64,000 nt of DNA from Kiritimatiellia bacterium (GCA_045603485.1 JAZUMF010000028.1:6652-70651), one strand, 5' to 3'. Shown: positions 53,881 to 64,000, counted from the stretch's first letter. Notes: a model not told the origin generated them from the sequence alone. Numbers and translations: made by a program.

Positions 53881-54672
53881 TTACTTTGACTCGTGAAGGG
53901 CCGCTGTATCAATCTTGTCGATTGGATTTTCTGTTCTGACGGTCTCTGGCGCGGGGTCTCTGTTCCAGCAGGTTGTTTGCTGTGGGGGGAGTTCCGGATT
54001 TGCCCAGCGGACTGCATTGCCGATAATTTTGACGATACCAGGGTTGTGGTAGATGGGGAATGTCTCATGGCCGGGTGAGAAGTAGAAGATTTTGCCGGCT
54101 CCGCGTGTCAGTGTAAATCCAGAGCGGAATACATTGCCGCCTTCGTACCAGGAGATGAATACAACATGTGCGTCATTTGGGATTCCAAACGGTTCGCCGT
54201 ACATTTCGGTATTTGGAACCTCAACATAATCCGGCAAGCCACGGGTGATTGGGTGTTGCTTGTCGACGACCCAAACGAGCTCTTTTTCGCCGCATTCGCG
54301 CCAGCGAAGTGAGTTTGAGGTGCCGGTCAGGCGCCGGAATATCTTTGAATAGTGCCCTGAATGGAGAACTATCAGCCCCATTCCTTCGAGAATGCGCGTG
54401 TGGATCTTGTCTACGAGAGCGTCTTCCACTTTTGCGTGCGCACAATGTCCCCACCAGACAAGGACATCTGTATTTGCCAATAATTCATCAGTAATGCCTT
54501 GATTGGGCATATCAAGGGAGACTGCTGTAATCTCTAAGTCGTCAGAAGCCAACTCTTCTTTCAGGGCGTTGTGGATGCCGTTGGGGTAGAAGGTGCGAAT
54601 ATATGCACCAAAGGCACTGTCTGCTGTTTCGTGCACATTTTCATTCCAGATTGTAACTCTGATTTTAGCCAT
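53881..54672 (-). CDS. thuA: ThuA-like class-I glutamine-amidotransferase-fold protein
   Basis: Colinear with ThuA (VLVWWGHCAH ... LIVLHSGHYSKIF ... EMYGEPF). Confidence 0.7.
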   Translation of the reverse strand: MAKIRVTIWNENVHETADSAFGAYIRTFYPNGIHNALKEELASDDLEITAVSLDMPNQGITDELLANTDVLVWWGHCAHAKVEDALVDKIHTRILEGMGLIVLHSGHYSKIFRRLTGTSNSLRWRECGEKELVWVVDKQHPITRGLPDYVEVPNTEMYGEPFGIPNDAHVVFISWYEGGNVFRSGFTLTRGAGKIFYFSPGHETFPIYHNPGIVKIIGNAVRWANPELPPQQTTCWNRDPAPETVRTENPIDKIDTAALHESK

Positions 54673-54739
54673 GGATAATCCTTTTTAAGTGGTGAAAAGC
54701 TATAGAGAATTTTACCATAAAACAGTTTCTTGTTCTATG

Positions 54740-56098
54740 TTATTCTCCTATAAGCTGAGAGATGAGTATCTGTGAATCGTAGTAGTCGTACTTGGCAGAG
54801 ACAACGGCGGCCTTTGCCGATGAGAGGGATACGAGGGCTTCGGAACGCTCTATTTCACTTGCCTGCCCAACTTCATAGCGCTGCGAGACTATGTTGTAGT
54901 TTTCTTCAGCCATTGTCTTTGATGCCGAGGCTACATCCAGTTGCTGGCGTGCGCGAATTGACGCGAGAATGGCTTGTGTCAGTTGACTTTTCAGTGAAAG
55001 CTCTTCTTCCGTCACCTTTGCGCGGGCTATACGAAGGTTTGATACTGCGGCATCTATTGCACGGCGTTTGCGCCCTGCGCAGAAGATGTGCTGTGAGAGC
55101 TGCCCAATCCCGGAGAGGTTCCAAAGAAGATCTCCGTCATGAGTTGCAGTGTACTGTATGGAGATGCCGAGCGACGGGTATAGGTCAGCGATTGTGTAGT
55201 CTACATAATCGCTTGCGCCTTGTGCCGCGGCGCGGAGCGAGGCTAGGGCAGGGGCGTTGGTTTTGGCTATCTCCATGAGCATCGCGGCATCATATCCGTT
55301 GTAGAGCCTAATTGTTGAGTCGCTAATTGCAAATTCCGGGGCGGAATCAATGCCTAGTGCTTTGTTTAGCTCGGCTCTTGCCGTTAGGACGGTGTTGGAT
55401 GCTGTTACCGCCGTAAGAACATCTTGAGCCCAGTTGACGCTTGCCTGTGTTACTGCATAGGCATTAACGGCTCCGACCTCATGGCGGGCCTGCATTTGCT
55501 CATAGTGGATTTTGCTTATATTGGCAGCTTCCGCTGCGACATCACGCATTTCTTCACTTCGTTTTAGTGCGTAGCAGGCTTTGCGAACCGCGTAGCGTGT
55601 TGCATTTTCGGCAGCCTTGGCATTGCGTTCCGCGCCAATAAGCGAGTTTATTGCGCGTCTGGTTGATGCTTTTGTTCTGCCAAAGTCGTAAACGAGCATA
55701 TTGAGTGAAGCAGAGCCTCCAAAGACGCCGTCAGATTCGGTATCGGCATCAGGAGATGTTTTTGAGGCTTTATATGTATAGCCTATTCCTGCGTCGACTG
55801 TAGGTATATATGACGATTTGATGTCGCGGAGTGCGATTTGCGCAAGTATTACGCTTTCTTTGGCTTGAAAGAAGGCCGGGCTTGCGCGCAATGCGACATC
55901 CTCAAGGTCCGATATCGTAATGGCGTTATTGGTGGCGAGACCGGATTCTTCAAATGAAAGCGCCCGCTCTCCTTCGTGAATGATTGTGCCGTTCTGGGCT
56001 TTGCGCGCATTTTCAACCGATGCACATCCTGCTGCGAGCAGTAGCATAAAACAAGCGGCATGGCCTAGCGCGTACTTTGATTTCTGTATTGTAGTCAT
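54740..56098 (-). CDS. RND efflux outer-membrane factor lipoprotein (TolC/NodT family)
   Basis: Lipobox LLAAGCAS; two-repeat OEP architecture; located downstream of the RND pump. Confidence 0.75.
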   Translation of the reverse strand: MTTIQKSKYALGHAACFMLLLAAGCASVENARKAQNGTIIHEGERALSFEESGLATNNAITISDLEDVALRASPAFFQAKESVILAQIALRDIKSSYIPTVDAGIGYTYKASKTSPDADTESDGVFGGSASLNMLVYDFGRTKASTRRAINSLIGAERNAKAAENATRYAVRKACYALKRSEEMRDVAAEAANISKIHYEQMQARHEVGAVNAYAVTQASVNWAQDVLTAVTASNTVLTARAELNKALGIDSAPEFAISDSTIRLYNGYDAAMLMEIAKTNAPALASLRAAAQGASDYVDYTIADLYPSLGISIQYTATHDGDLLWNLSGIGQLSQHIFCAGRKRRAIDAAVSNLRIARAKVTEEELSLKSQLTQAILASIRARQQLDVASASKTMAEENYNIVSQRYEVGQASEIERSEALVSLSSAKAAVVSAKYDYYDSQILISQLIGE

Positions 56099-56112
56099 TG
56101 CTTAAAATCTCC

Positions 56113-59100
56113 TTATCGTGAAGCTTCGTTTTCTTCTTCAAGACGCTTTTCAGCAGCAAGCTCCGCGGAGGTTTTCATGTGGAAGAGATGTTTGATTTTT
56201 TCGCGGATAATTTGGAAGAATGCGTACAGGCCGGGGGTGAGGATGATTCCAATGATTGTGGCAAGAAGCATTCCGGAGAATGTTGTGATACCAATGGCGC
56301 GGCGTGCATTCGCTCCGGCGCCGGTGGCGATGACGAGCGGAATAACGCCAAAGAGGAATGACCAAGCGGTCATAAGTACAGCCCTGTAGCGCATGTTGAA
56401 GCCATTGATTGCCGCAGTGATAATGTCATTCCCGGCCTCTCGCTCCTGCTTTGAGAATTCGACCATAAGAATGGCGTTTTTGGCGGTTAGACCGATGAGC
56501 ATAACGAGACCGAGCTGGGCATAGATTGAAAGAGGTTCGGAGGTGAACCAGTCGCCGAGAAGCGCGCCGAGAACGGCTGTCGGAACGGTGACCATAACCG
56601 GAAGCGGAATAGTCCAACTCTCATACTGACCGACGAGGAAGAGGTAAGCAAAGATGACGGCAAGAGTCATGAGTCCTACAATCTTGCCCTGATTCTGCTT
56701 TTCTTGGAATGAAAGGTCGGTCCATTCGATTGTGGCGCCCTTCGGAATCGGCAATTTTTCAATTGCATCCATAAGGGTTTTAGAAGCGACTCCTGGTGCG
56801 GTTTGCGCAGACAACTTTGCCGCATCCTTTTTGTTGTAGCGCTGGAGGAGGCGGCTGCCGAGTCGGTACTCGAGCGTGGCAAGGGCGGAGAGGGGCACCA
56901 GCTCGCCTTTGTTGTTTGGGACTTGCAGCTCGAGAATCGAGGATAGCTCTTTACGGCGGCTTTCGTCCGCCTGTATCTTTACATAGTAGGATTGCCCTTT
57001 CATATTGAAGTCATTGACATAGTATGACGCCAATTGTGATTGCAATGTAAAGAAGATGGAGCTTATATTTACTCCGAGCGAGAGCGCTTTTTCGCGGTCT
57101 AGATTGAGGTATAGGTTTGGCGTGTTGGCGGCAAATGTGTTCATAGCGGAGGAGGCAAGTGGTTTGCCGTGGGCATCTTTCAGTGAACGGATGTCGTTGG
57201 CAAGCTTGTCCGCTGCCTCGCCGAGCTCTGTTGAAGAGAGTGAGCCGTCTGAGGTCAAGAACATTGATAGACCGCCTGTTTGTCCAAGACCCGGAATCGC
57301 AGGCGGAGCAAAGGCTATGATTCGCGCGTCTGGCATTGACATACCCAACATTTGGATTTTAGTGCGGATGGCATCAAGAGATTTGTCTGCGTCTTTGCGA
57401 AGATCCCAATGGTCAAGCTTTGCGATAATCATGCCTGCATTTTCGCCACCGCCGGAAATGAATCCGAAGCCGGCTACGCAGATTGTAGAGTTCACTCCGG
57501 GAATCTTTGCGACCTGATCGCGGAATGCTCTTGCGGTTGCCATGGTTCTCTCGAGAGACGCGCCTTCCGGAAGTCCGATATCGCACATTATCACGCCTTT
57601 ATCTTCCTCGGGAAGGAAGGAGCTTGGGATTTTGCCGGAGGTCGCCCAAATGGCAAGTCCAAAGGCCGCGAGTATAACTACGGCGAAGATCGACTTTCTG
57701 ACAATTGCGCGGACACAGTAGTTGGAGCCCTTGCGCGCGGTATCAATTACGAAGTTGAAGGGCCCGAAGAATTTGGGCGGAACTTCACGGGGCGGCCGCA
57801 TAATCAGGGCGCAAACAGCAGGGGATAGAGTCATTGCGACGAAGGTGGAGATGCAGAGTGATACGCACATTGTCACCGAAAATTGCGTATAGATTGTTCC
57901 TACCATACCTCCGTAGAACGCCAATGGGACATAGCATGCGACTGTCACAAGCGTTGTTGCAATAATCGCGCCGGTTATCTGCTCCATACATTTAATAGCC
58001 GCTTTTTTGGCAGATAGACCCTTGGTCATCAAGGTCTGGCAGTTTTCAACCACGACGATAGCGTCGTCAACGAGAGAGCCGATAACCAATACAAGGCCAA
58101 AGAGCGTCAATGTGTTGATTGAGAAGCCGAGCGCATAGATAAAGGGGAATGCGCCCATAAGCGATACCGGAATCGCAATGGCGGGGACAACGGTCGCGCG
58201 CCAGTCCTGTAGGAAGAAGAATGTAATTAAAATAACCAGCAGCAAGGTTACTACAAGCGTTACTACGATTTCCTTCATTGAAACGACGATTGATTCGGTA
58301 GGGTCGTAGCCGATTGAGAAGGTGACGCCATCCGGCAGTCTCGCCTTCCAGCCATCTAGCTCTTTGTTGACGCGTTGAACCGTCGCAACGGAGTTTGCTC
58401 CGGAATCGCGGTAAACCGCCAGCATAACAGATTCGGAGCCGTTATATTCTCCTATGAATGACGACTGCTGTTTGCCGAGCTCAATCTTGGCAATATCGCG
58501 TAATCTGAGAATATTTCCGTCGGCATCAGCACGGACGATGATATTTCCAAATTGCTCTTCATTTGAAAGTCGGCCCATGGTGTTGATTCGATACTGAATG
58601 TACGGGTTTGCCGTTTCTCCGCCAAGTGAACCTGCCGTTGCCTGAATGTTTTGCTCGGCAATGGCGGTTTGGACTTCAAATGTTGAAATGCCAAGGCTGT
58701 CCATACGGATGGGGTCCAGCCAGATTCGCATTGCATAAGTGTCGCCCATGACATTTACCGAAGCGACACCGTCAATTCGTGCAATAGAGTCCGCTATGTT
58801 TTTTGAGACATAGTTGTTTAACTCCATTGATTCCATGGCGGTTCCGTCGGTTTGGAAGGCGTACATACACAGAATGTCAGACGATTGCTTGCTGACCTGA
58901 ACGCCTTGCCTCGTAACTTCGGCCGGAAGCAATGGCTCTGCGCGTTTAATGGCGTTTTGCACATTAACCATTGCAATATCGGAGTCGGTACCGGGCTTAA
59001 AGAAAATCTGTGCGAAAAATGTGCCGTTCTCTTCACTGTTTGACGAGAAGTAAAGAAGATCATCTACACCGTTGATCTGATCTTCGATTGGCGTCGCGAC

Positions 59101-59286
59101 GGTGTCGCGGACAACTGCCGACGAGGCTCCTGGGTAGTTACAAAAGACTCTAACCTGCGGCGGTGAAATGTCGGGATACTCCTCAATCGGGAGTTTGTTG
59201 ATACAAATTGCTCCGGCAAGCATTAAGACTAGGGAGCACACTGCCGCTAGGCGCGGCCGCTCAATGAATATCTTTGAAACTGTCAT
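56113..59286 (-). CDS. RND efflux permease (AcrB/MexB family)
   Basis: 1057 aa; AcrB-like N-terminus MTVSKIFIERPRLAAV; 12-TM RND architecture. Confidence 0.9.
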   Translation of the reverse strand: MTVSKIFIERPRLAAVCSLVLMLAGAICINKLPIEEYPDISPPQVRVFCNYPGASSAVVRDTVATPIEDQINGVDDLLYFSSNSEENGTFFAQIFFKPGTDSDIAMVNVQNAIKRAEPLLPAEVTRQGVQVSKQSSDILCMYAFQTDGTAMESMELNNYVSKNIADSIARIDGVASVNVMGDTYAMRIWLDPIRMDSLGISTFEVQTAIAEQNIQATAGSLGGETANPYIQYRINTMGRLSNEEQFGNIIVRADADGNILRLRDIAKIELGKQQSSFIGEYNGSESVMLAVYRDSGANSVATVQRVNKELDGWKARLPDGVTFSIGYDPTESIVVSMKEIVVTLVVTLLLVILITFFFLQDWRATVVPAIAIPVSLMGAFPFIYALGFSINTLTLFGLVLVIGSLVDDAIVVVENCQTLMTKGLSAKKAAIKCMEQITGAIIATTLVTVACYVPLAFYGGMVGTIYTQFSVTMCVSLCISTFVAMTLSPAVCALIMRPPREVPPKFFGPFNFVIDTARKGSNYCVRAIVRKSIFAVVILAAFGLAIWATSGKIPSSFLPEEDKGVIMCDIGLPEGASLERTMATARAFRDQVAKIPGVNSTICVAGFGFISGGGENAGMIIAKLDHWDLRKDADKSLDAIRTKIQMLGMSMPDARIIAFAPPAIPGLGQTGGLSMFLTSDGSLSSTELGEAADKLANDIRSLKDAHGKPLASSAMNTFAANTPNLYLNLDREKALSLGVNISSIFFTLQSQLASYYVNDFNMKGQSYYVKIQADESRRKELSSILELQVPNNKGELVPLSALATLEYRLGSRLLQRYNKKDAAKLSAQTAPGVASKTLMDAIEKLPIPKGATIEWTDLSFQEKQNQGKIVGLMTLAVIFAYLFLVGQYESWTIPLPVMVTVPTAVLGALLGDWFTSEPLSIYAQLGLVMLIGLTAKNAILMVEFSKQEREAGNDIITAAINGFNMRYRAVLMTAWSFLFGVIPLVIATGAGANARRAIGITTFSGMLLATIIGIILTPGLYAFFQIIREKIKHLFHMKTSAELAAEKRLEEENEASR

Positions 59287-59319
59287 TTCTCGGCTCCTTA
59301 CGGTGTCGAATTCTCTTTA

Positions 59320-60429
59320 TCAGTTGATTTCAACTGCAACCGGATTAACCGGCGTTCCCGGAATAACCTTATGTGTTCCCTGAGCGATTACAACTTCGCC
59401 GGCCTTCAATCCTGATGAGATGATTTCATATGTCTCTGTGACGCCGTCGGTTACGACCGTGCGTTTTTCCGGCATATTGTTTTCTCCTATGACATAGAGA
59501 AAATTGCCGTCGAGATTATGGATGATTGTTGTTACAGGTACTGTGACTACAGTTTTATCTTCTTTATAGCTGACTTCAACCTTGACTGATGCTCCGGGAA
59601 CCAGAAGACCGTCCGGATTGGCAAATTTTACATAAATAGTAATGGTGTCGGTTGATGGATTTGCCGTGTTTGAGATGAAATCGATTTCGCCCAAATGCGA
59701 ATAAATCGAGTCGTCGGCGAGGCGAATGGCAATCTTAAAGCGGTCGCGAAGTCCCTTTTCTCCGCCATATGTGCCAAGAAAATCGCGTGAACTCATTGAA
59801 AATGACAAGCGCAGGGGATTCTGACCTACAATTGTCGTCAGAGGACCCGTTGCCGTTGATACGAAGTTGCCGACGGTTGCCGCATTGACGCCGATTTTAC
59901 CGTCAATCGGGGATACGATGCGGCAGTGGCGAAGATTGTCCTCCGCACTAACAAGGGCAGCTTTTGCTGCATCAAGTGCTGCTTTAGCGGCAGAAAGTTT
60001 AGATGTCGCGGCGTCAAAATCGTCAACCGATGAAACCTTTTTTTCAAAGAGCTTTTTCGTACGCTCAAAAGTCTTCTCAGAATAATCAAGCGTTGCCTGA
60101 GCCTGTGCTTCGGCAGCTTTAGCCGATGCAACTGCGGCATTGTACTTTACATCGTCGATTCTGTATAGTAAATCGCCCTTTTTAACCATTGAGCCTTCCT
60201 TAAAGGCAACCTCGACAATTGTGCCCGAGACCTGCGGAATTACAGATACGATGTCGGGGGAGGTGATTCGGCCGTTGTAATTGCGGGTAGGGTTGTAGTT
60301 GCGCTCAGTCGCGGCAACCGTACCTACGGTAGGTGCCGGCATCCCTTGCTGTGCAAAAAGTTGCGTCACCGAGAAGAGTGTAACTGCAATTACGGGAATG
60401 ATTGATATGTTCTGTTTTGTAGTAGTCAT
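59320..60429 (-). CDS. RND efflux periplasmic adaptor (membrane fusion protein, AcrA/HlyD family)
   Basis: Lipoyl and beta-barrel domain motifs; the alpha-hairpin (AAVASAKAAEAQAQATLD); ATG at 60429. Confidence 0.8.
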   Translation of the reverse strand: MTTTKQNISIIPVIAVTLFSVTQLFAQQGMPAPTVGTVAATERNYNPTRNYNGRITSPDIVSVIPQVSGTIVEVAFKEGSMVKKGDLLYRIDDVKYNAAVASAKAAEAQAQATLDYSEKTFERTKKLFEKKVSSVDDFDAATSKLSAAKAALDAAKAALVSAEDNLRHCRIVSPIDGKIGVNAATVGNFVSTATGPLTTIVGQNPLRLSFSMSSRDFLGTYGGEKGLRDRFKIAIRLADDSIYSHLGEIDFISNTANPSTDTITIYVKFANPDGLLVPGASVKVEVSYKEDKTVVTVPVTTIIHNLDGNFLYVIGENNMPEKRTVVTDGVTETYEIISSGLKAGEVVIAQGTHKVIPGTPVNPVAVEIN

Positions 60430-60478
60430 CTTTAGTTCCTGTCTTAAAGGTTTGTTAGAAATCGTGGGTTGGTTAAGG

Positions 60479-61024
60479 TTACTTGGTTGTTGTTGTTGTA
60501 TTGTCATCCTCATTGATTATTTTTTGCCATCTCTTTTCAAGCGCCATATTCATTTGAGATAGAATTTTGCGGAAGATTACCAGTTCTTCTTCAGATGGAG
60601 CTATTTCCTTATAGATGTCACCCATAAGTTCGATAGATTCTTCCTGAATTGATTTGAGGAACTTTTTACCTTCGTTTGAGACTGAAATCATGACAGCGCG
60701 GCGATCCTGCGGATCCTGTTTCCGTTCAATCAGACCGGCTTCCACAAGTCTGTCAATTGCCTGAGAAGCCGCCGCCGCTGACACCATGAGGTTTTGAGCT
60801 ATCGTCTTTATGCCAATATCCTTATCGCTGTTTGAAAAGATATAGGAAATGATTTTAGACTGATTGATTGTAATTTTACCGAAAGCCGCTTTATGAGCAG
60901 GGTTCAGTGTGTGTGAATATACACTGGAAACCTGTCGGAAAAGATTGGAAATCTGAAAAATATGTCTCCAATCGTCATTCATTGGCTCAATACCGGTCTT
61001 TGCTTGTCTTTTATCAGGCGACAT
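60479..61024 (-). CDS. MarR-family transcriptional regulator
   Basis: Winged-HTH IAQNLMVSAAAASQAIDRLVEAGLIERKQDPQDRRAVMISVSNEG; ATG at 61024 with GGAGAA RBS. Confidence 0.75.
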   Translation of the reverse strand: MSPDKRQAKTGIEPMNDDWRHIFQISNLFRQVSSVYSHTLNPAHKAAFGKITINQSKIISYIFSNSDKDIGIKTIAQNLMVSAAAASQAIDRLVEAGLIERKQDPQDRRAVMISVSNEGKKFLKSIQEESIELMGDIYKEIAPSEEELVIFRKILSQMNMALEKRWQKIINEDDNTTTTTK

Positions 61025-61237
61025 CGGGTTCTCCAAAATTAAAAAAACGGCAAATATAATAATATAATTTGTGTTAATAGTCAAGTATAGTTAAGTAATT
61101 ATTCCCCCTCGCATTGGTCTTGGGTTATCATTATGCTAGGCATTCTAATTTTGAATTGTTGGATTTAGTAAAAAATCATTTTTACCTATGTCGGTTGCGT
61201 TGTGAACTGCGTCGTAAGTGCAAAGAAATTTGGATAA

Positions 61238-61254
61238 AATGTCAAGTTTAATAG
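61238..61254 (-). repeat. partial copy of the hairpin/promoter repeat core (AATGTCAAGTTTAATAGT)
   Basis: 17-nt match to the 32664 copy, diverging afterwards. Confidence 0.35.
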
Positions 61255-61374
61255 TATGGCACTTAGAAGTTGAGTAACTTCGTGCTGCCACAGTTTTGGC
61301 ACGAGAATCGGGAGTTTTGCGGGTAGGTATCTAAGCGATTGGCATATCTTCCGGTTTCAAACCCGGTCAATGTG

Positions 61375-62274
61375 TCAATGCTGCAAATAATGCTGCGCTT
61401 CTTGGGCGGCTTGCGCGCCGGTGCTTGCCGCGACGACGGCCTGTTTGTAAATGGGATTTGCGCAGTCCCCGGCAACGAAAACGCCGGGAATACTTGTGGA
61501 TACGCCATCGGTGCGTACATATCCTTCATCGTCGAGTTCGATCGCGCCTTTGAGAAAATCGGTTTGAGGGATGTGGCCGATGGCGACAAAAGCACCTGAG
61601 ACGGGAAGCGTCTCGCCGTTGGAGAGTCTAAGCGACTCCAATATATTCCCGTCTCCTTCAAATGACGACACTTGCGTATTTTTGAGCACCCGAATATTTG
61701 GGGCTGAGAGAACCCTGTCTACAAGCACTTTTGTTCCACGGAACGAATCACGGCGATGTATCAGCGTAACGGAACGGCATATTTTTGAGAGATGTATTGC
61801 ATCAGCAAGCGCGGTATCGCCGCCGCCGATGACGGCGACATCCCTTCCTTTGTGGAAATTTCCGTCGCATACGGCACAGGAACTTATGCCGCGATATTTA
61901 TAAGTCTCTTCACCGGGCAGACCTGTCCAACGAGGCGTTGCACCAGTTGCGATTATGACGCATTGCGCTTCATAGGAATCTGTCATGCCCGTAAGTTTGC
62001 GCGCAGGGCCTGAAAAATCGACCGCAGTTATCGTATCCATTACAAAGCGGACTCCAGCCCGCTCTGCCTGCAAGTGCATGGATTTCATCAGATCCAGACC
62101 AGACACCGACTCCGCAAATCCGGGAAAATTCTCGACCTCCGCAGTTTCAGTGAGTTGCCCTCCCGACTGCATTCCTTCAATTACAAGCGGAGAAAGTCCT
62201 GCTCTTGCGGCATATATCCCTGCGGTAAGTCCTGCGGGACCACTACCGATAATTATAAGATTCTCTGTTGTCAT
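61375..62274 (-). CDS. trxB: thioredoxin-disulfide reductase
   Basis: FAD motif IIIGSGPAG, redox-active CAVCDG, NADPH motif VAVIGGGDTA; ATG at 62274 with GGAG RBS. Confidence 0.85.
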   Translation of the reverse strand: MTTENLIIIGSGPAGLTAGIYAARAGLSPLVIEGMQSGGQLTETAEVENFPGFAESVSGLDLMKSMHLQAERAGVRFVMDTITAVDFSGPARKLTGMTDSYEAQCVIIATGATPRWTGLPGEETYKYRGISSCAVCDGNFHKGRDVAVIGGGDTALADAIHLSKICRSVTLIHRRDSFRGTKVLVDRVLSAPNIRVLKNTQVSSFEGDGNILESLRLSNGETLPVSGAFVAIGHIPQTDFLKGAIELDDEGYVRTDGVSTSIPGVFVAGDCANPIYKQAVVAASTGAQAAQEAQHYLQH

Positions 62275-62419
62275 GGCAGAATTCTCCATTCTTTTCAAGT
62301 CGAACAAACGAACTTAAAGATAGCAAAAGAGGACGGGAATGTAAAGGTCGCGTTTGGACATTTTTACAACATAAAGGCGGTTTCTTTTATAGTTTCATAA
62401 TTTTCAACCATGAGAAAAC

Positions 62420-64000
62420 TTACTCTAGTAGATCTACTGTTATTTTAAAGAAATTGTAATCTTTTTCTTTACCCTTTTCAACTTGTTTCCAGGTTTCAGC
62501 TGAATCACCTATATTCTTCTTGCCAAAAACTACATATTTACGTGAAGAGCCGAGATTTGGAGATGGTGTGATTATCGGTTGATTCTTTTCATCAATCTCA
62601 ATCATAGCCTTAAATTCCGATGTTACATCTGTTGGATTTGTTCCAGCTACGAATTCAGAGTACAATGTTGTGCTCTTACCTGCAGCGGTCCTGCCTGATG
62701 AAAATACACGAATAGCATCCTTCCTGGTCGCATTCTGCGAAATCTGATTATTCGCTTTTAACCATGCGAAGAACGCTGCTAGCGTTTTCTCGCTAATTCC
62801 AGTCGGAGCGACTTCTAATGGATACCATCTTACATAATCCAACATAGCACAATTATTTCCTATTAAATTTGGATCATCCATCTCATCTTTCCAGTACATC
62901 CATTCTAACACATGCTCGCCCTCACCAAGTTCTACAGTAACTTCCATCCATTCGGTTTCACCAGTCGTCATTTCGACCACTTCGCCGTCAACGATGAAGT
63001 CAAGCCAATCATATGACTCTTCGCAAGATACTGCCCAACGAAACTTAAGAGTTCCTGCCCCTAAAACACGAGTACGAACTGTCGAAACGCCATAATCACC
63101 AAGACTTTCGACTATCGCGAAAGATGTCCCTTCATAAGCATACTCACTCCTTACTCCAACCCAACTAACATCACCTTCTGTTTCCCACTCGAATTCACCC
63201 AACGCCTCAGCTAAAGTAGGCTCCTTAGCTGAAGTCCAAGCAACGTTATCAACCCAAACCGCATCTTCACCCGAAGCCCCGCTTCTACTTTTCTTATAAA
63301 TCCAGCGAATGTTATGCTCTCCAATATCTAGGTTAATGCAACCATTCGTCCACGATGTTTCTCCCGACAGTACTCGAACTTGCTTACCATCAACCTCTAA
63401 TCGAACAGCATCGTATCTTTCTTCACAAGAAGCGCGCCAATCGAACGAAAGCGTACCTGCGCCTTCAATATGTAAGCCTAATACGGTTTCCCCCGAATCA
63501 CCTATCGCACCGGAGCGAACAGCATGCACCCCATCAGATGCCGCCTTAGACCATTCGCCAAACCACTTAGCATCACCTTCAGTATACCAAGCATATTCAG
63601 GCGCATTCGCTGCTTCACCTATAGTAAGAGGAATCTTTTCGAATACAGCCTTTAACGAACGAGCTTGGTTCATTAAGATAACAATATTAGACAATGTCGA
63701 TTGTGAATCAGAAACATCTCCTTCCCAACGAACAAATCTATAACTAAAATCAGGTGTTGCAGATATTGACTTACGAGAGCCAGCGCTCATCCAAGCACTA
63801 TCAAAGTCTACGCTACCGCCTTCGGAAGCGCTGACATTAAGCCAATAGTTTGTAGCGAAAATATCCCATGTAAAGTCGATATCGTTCGTAACGGTAACCG
63901 TAAACTCATTCGTAACGACCGGAGCTGTAAACGTTGTACCAAGATAAACAATCTGAGTAGTACAAGTTTCATCGTACCAAGGTTCAGGAGCGCGGAATGT
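62420..64000 (-). CDS. tandem-repeat (beta-sandwich-like) protein, 5'-partial; the frame is open to the window edge
   Basis: The frame upstream of the track start (63790) has no stop up to nt 64000. It contains repeated ~90-aa units with the motif G(A/T)GTL.F.W..SCEE.YD ... (V/I)DG. Confidence 0.5.
   Translation of the reverse strand, partial: TFRAPEPWYDETCTTQIVYLGTTFTAPVVTNEFTVTVTNDIDFTWDIFATNYWLNVSASEGGSVDFDSAWMSAGSRKSISATPDFSYRFVRWEGDVSDSQSTLSNIVILMNQARSLKAVFEKIPLTIGEAANAPEYAWYTEGDAKWFGEWSKAASDGVHAVRSGAIGDSGETVLGLHIEGAGTLSFDWRASCEERYDAVRLEVDGKQVRVLSGETSWTNGCINLDIGEHNIRWIYKKSRSGASGEDAVWVDNVAWTSAKEPTLAEALGEFEWETEGDVSWVGVRSEYAYEGTSFAIVESLGDYGVSTVRTRVLGAGTLKFRWAVSCEESYDWLDFIVDGEVVEMTTGETEWMEVTVELGEGEHVLEWMYWKDEMDDPNLIGNNCAMLDYVRWYPLEVAPTGISEKTLAAFFAWLKANNQISQNATRKDAIRVFSSGRTAAGKSTTLYSEFVAGTNPTDVTSEFKAMIEIDEKNQPIITPSPNLGSSRKYVVFGKKNIGDSAETWKQVEKGKEKDYNFFKITVDLLE

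Noticed and set aside
61263-61661. 132-aa minus-strand ORF overlapping the 3' end of trxB
   Set aside because: It overlaps trxB in another frame and extends into the spacer with no start context, so it is likely spurious.
1-64000. CRISPR arrays, rRNA genes, integrons, or canonical defense systems (RM, TA, Cas, abortive infection)
   Set aside because: I found no regularly spaced direct repeats, rRNA-like conserved blocks or recognisable defense-protein motifs on either strand.

Overview
This 64 kb window looks chromosomal, about 50% GC, with most genes on the + strand. The gene content suggests a PVC-superphylum bacterium (Lentisphaerae/Verrucomicrobia-like), an inference from several prenyltransferase/squalene-oxidase-repeat (alpha-toroid) proteins, a giant beta-helix/PKD surface protein and a Bat-type MoxR-DUF58-VWA operon. 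From left to right: a low-GC (~35%) three-gene island of secreted orphan proteins (1-3120); tcdA, an SDR oxidoreductase and a GH95-like glycosidase; an AT-rich gap followed by a truncated IS110-family (DEDD) transposase remnant and an unexplained GT-rich non-coding stretch; cell-wall recycling genes (AmpD-like amidase, phosphodiester glycosidase); PHP phosphoesterase, YhhQ-type transporter, processive GT2 and an alpha/beta hydrolase; an alpha-toroid membrane protein, a parvulin PPIase and two large hypothetical proteins directly upstream of an ECF sigma / anti-sigma pair whose anti-sigma carries a periplasmic alpha-toroid domain; the Bat operon; a metallophosphoesterase-TIM-barrel fusion; a Y1 (IS200-like/RayT-like) transposase embedded in a family of hairpin-plus-promoter repeats next to a tRNA-Pro/tRNA-Pro/tRNA-Thr cluster and rpiB; a 1326-aa internally triplicated beta-helix/PKD protein; a DUF2723/TPR membrane protein; pgpA, an M15 peptidase, argF, a MurF-MurD fusion Mur ligase, a LysM protein, ftsW, mgtC and a GspL/GspM-like pair; ispH, ybaK, thuA; a MarR-regulated RND efflux operon; trxB; and a 5'-truncated tandem-repeat protein at the right edge. 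I found no CRISPR array, no rRNA and no canonical defense system. The strongest candidates for novelty are the promoter-bearing repeat family around the Y1 transposase, the possible IS110 ncRNA remnant, the MurF-MurD fusion and the uncharacterised two-gene module upstream of the ECF sigma factor.
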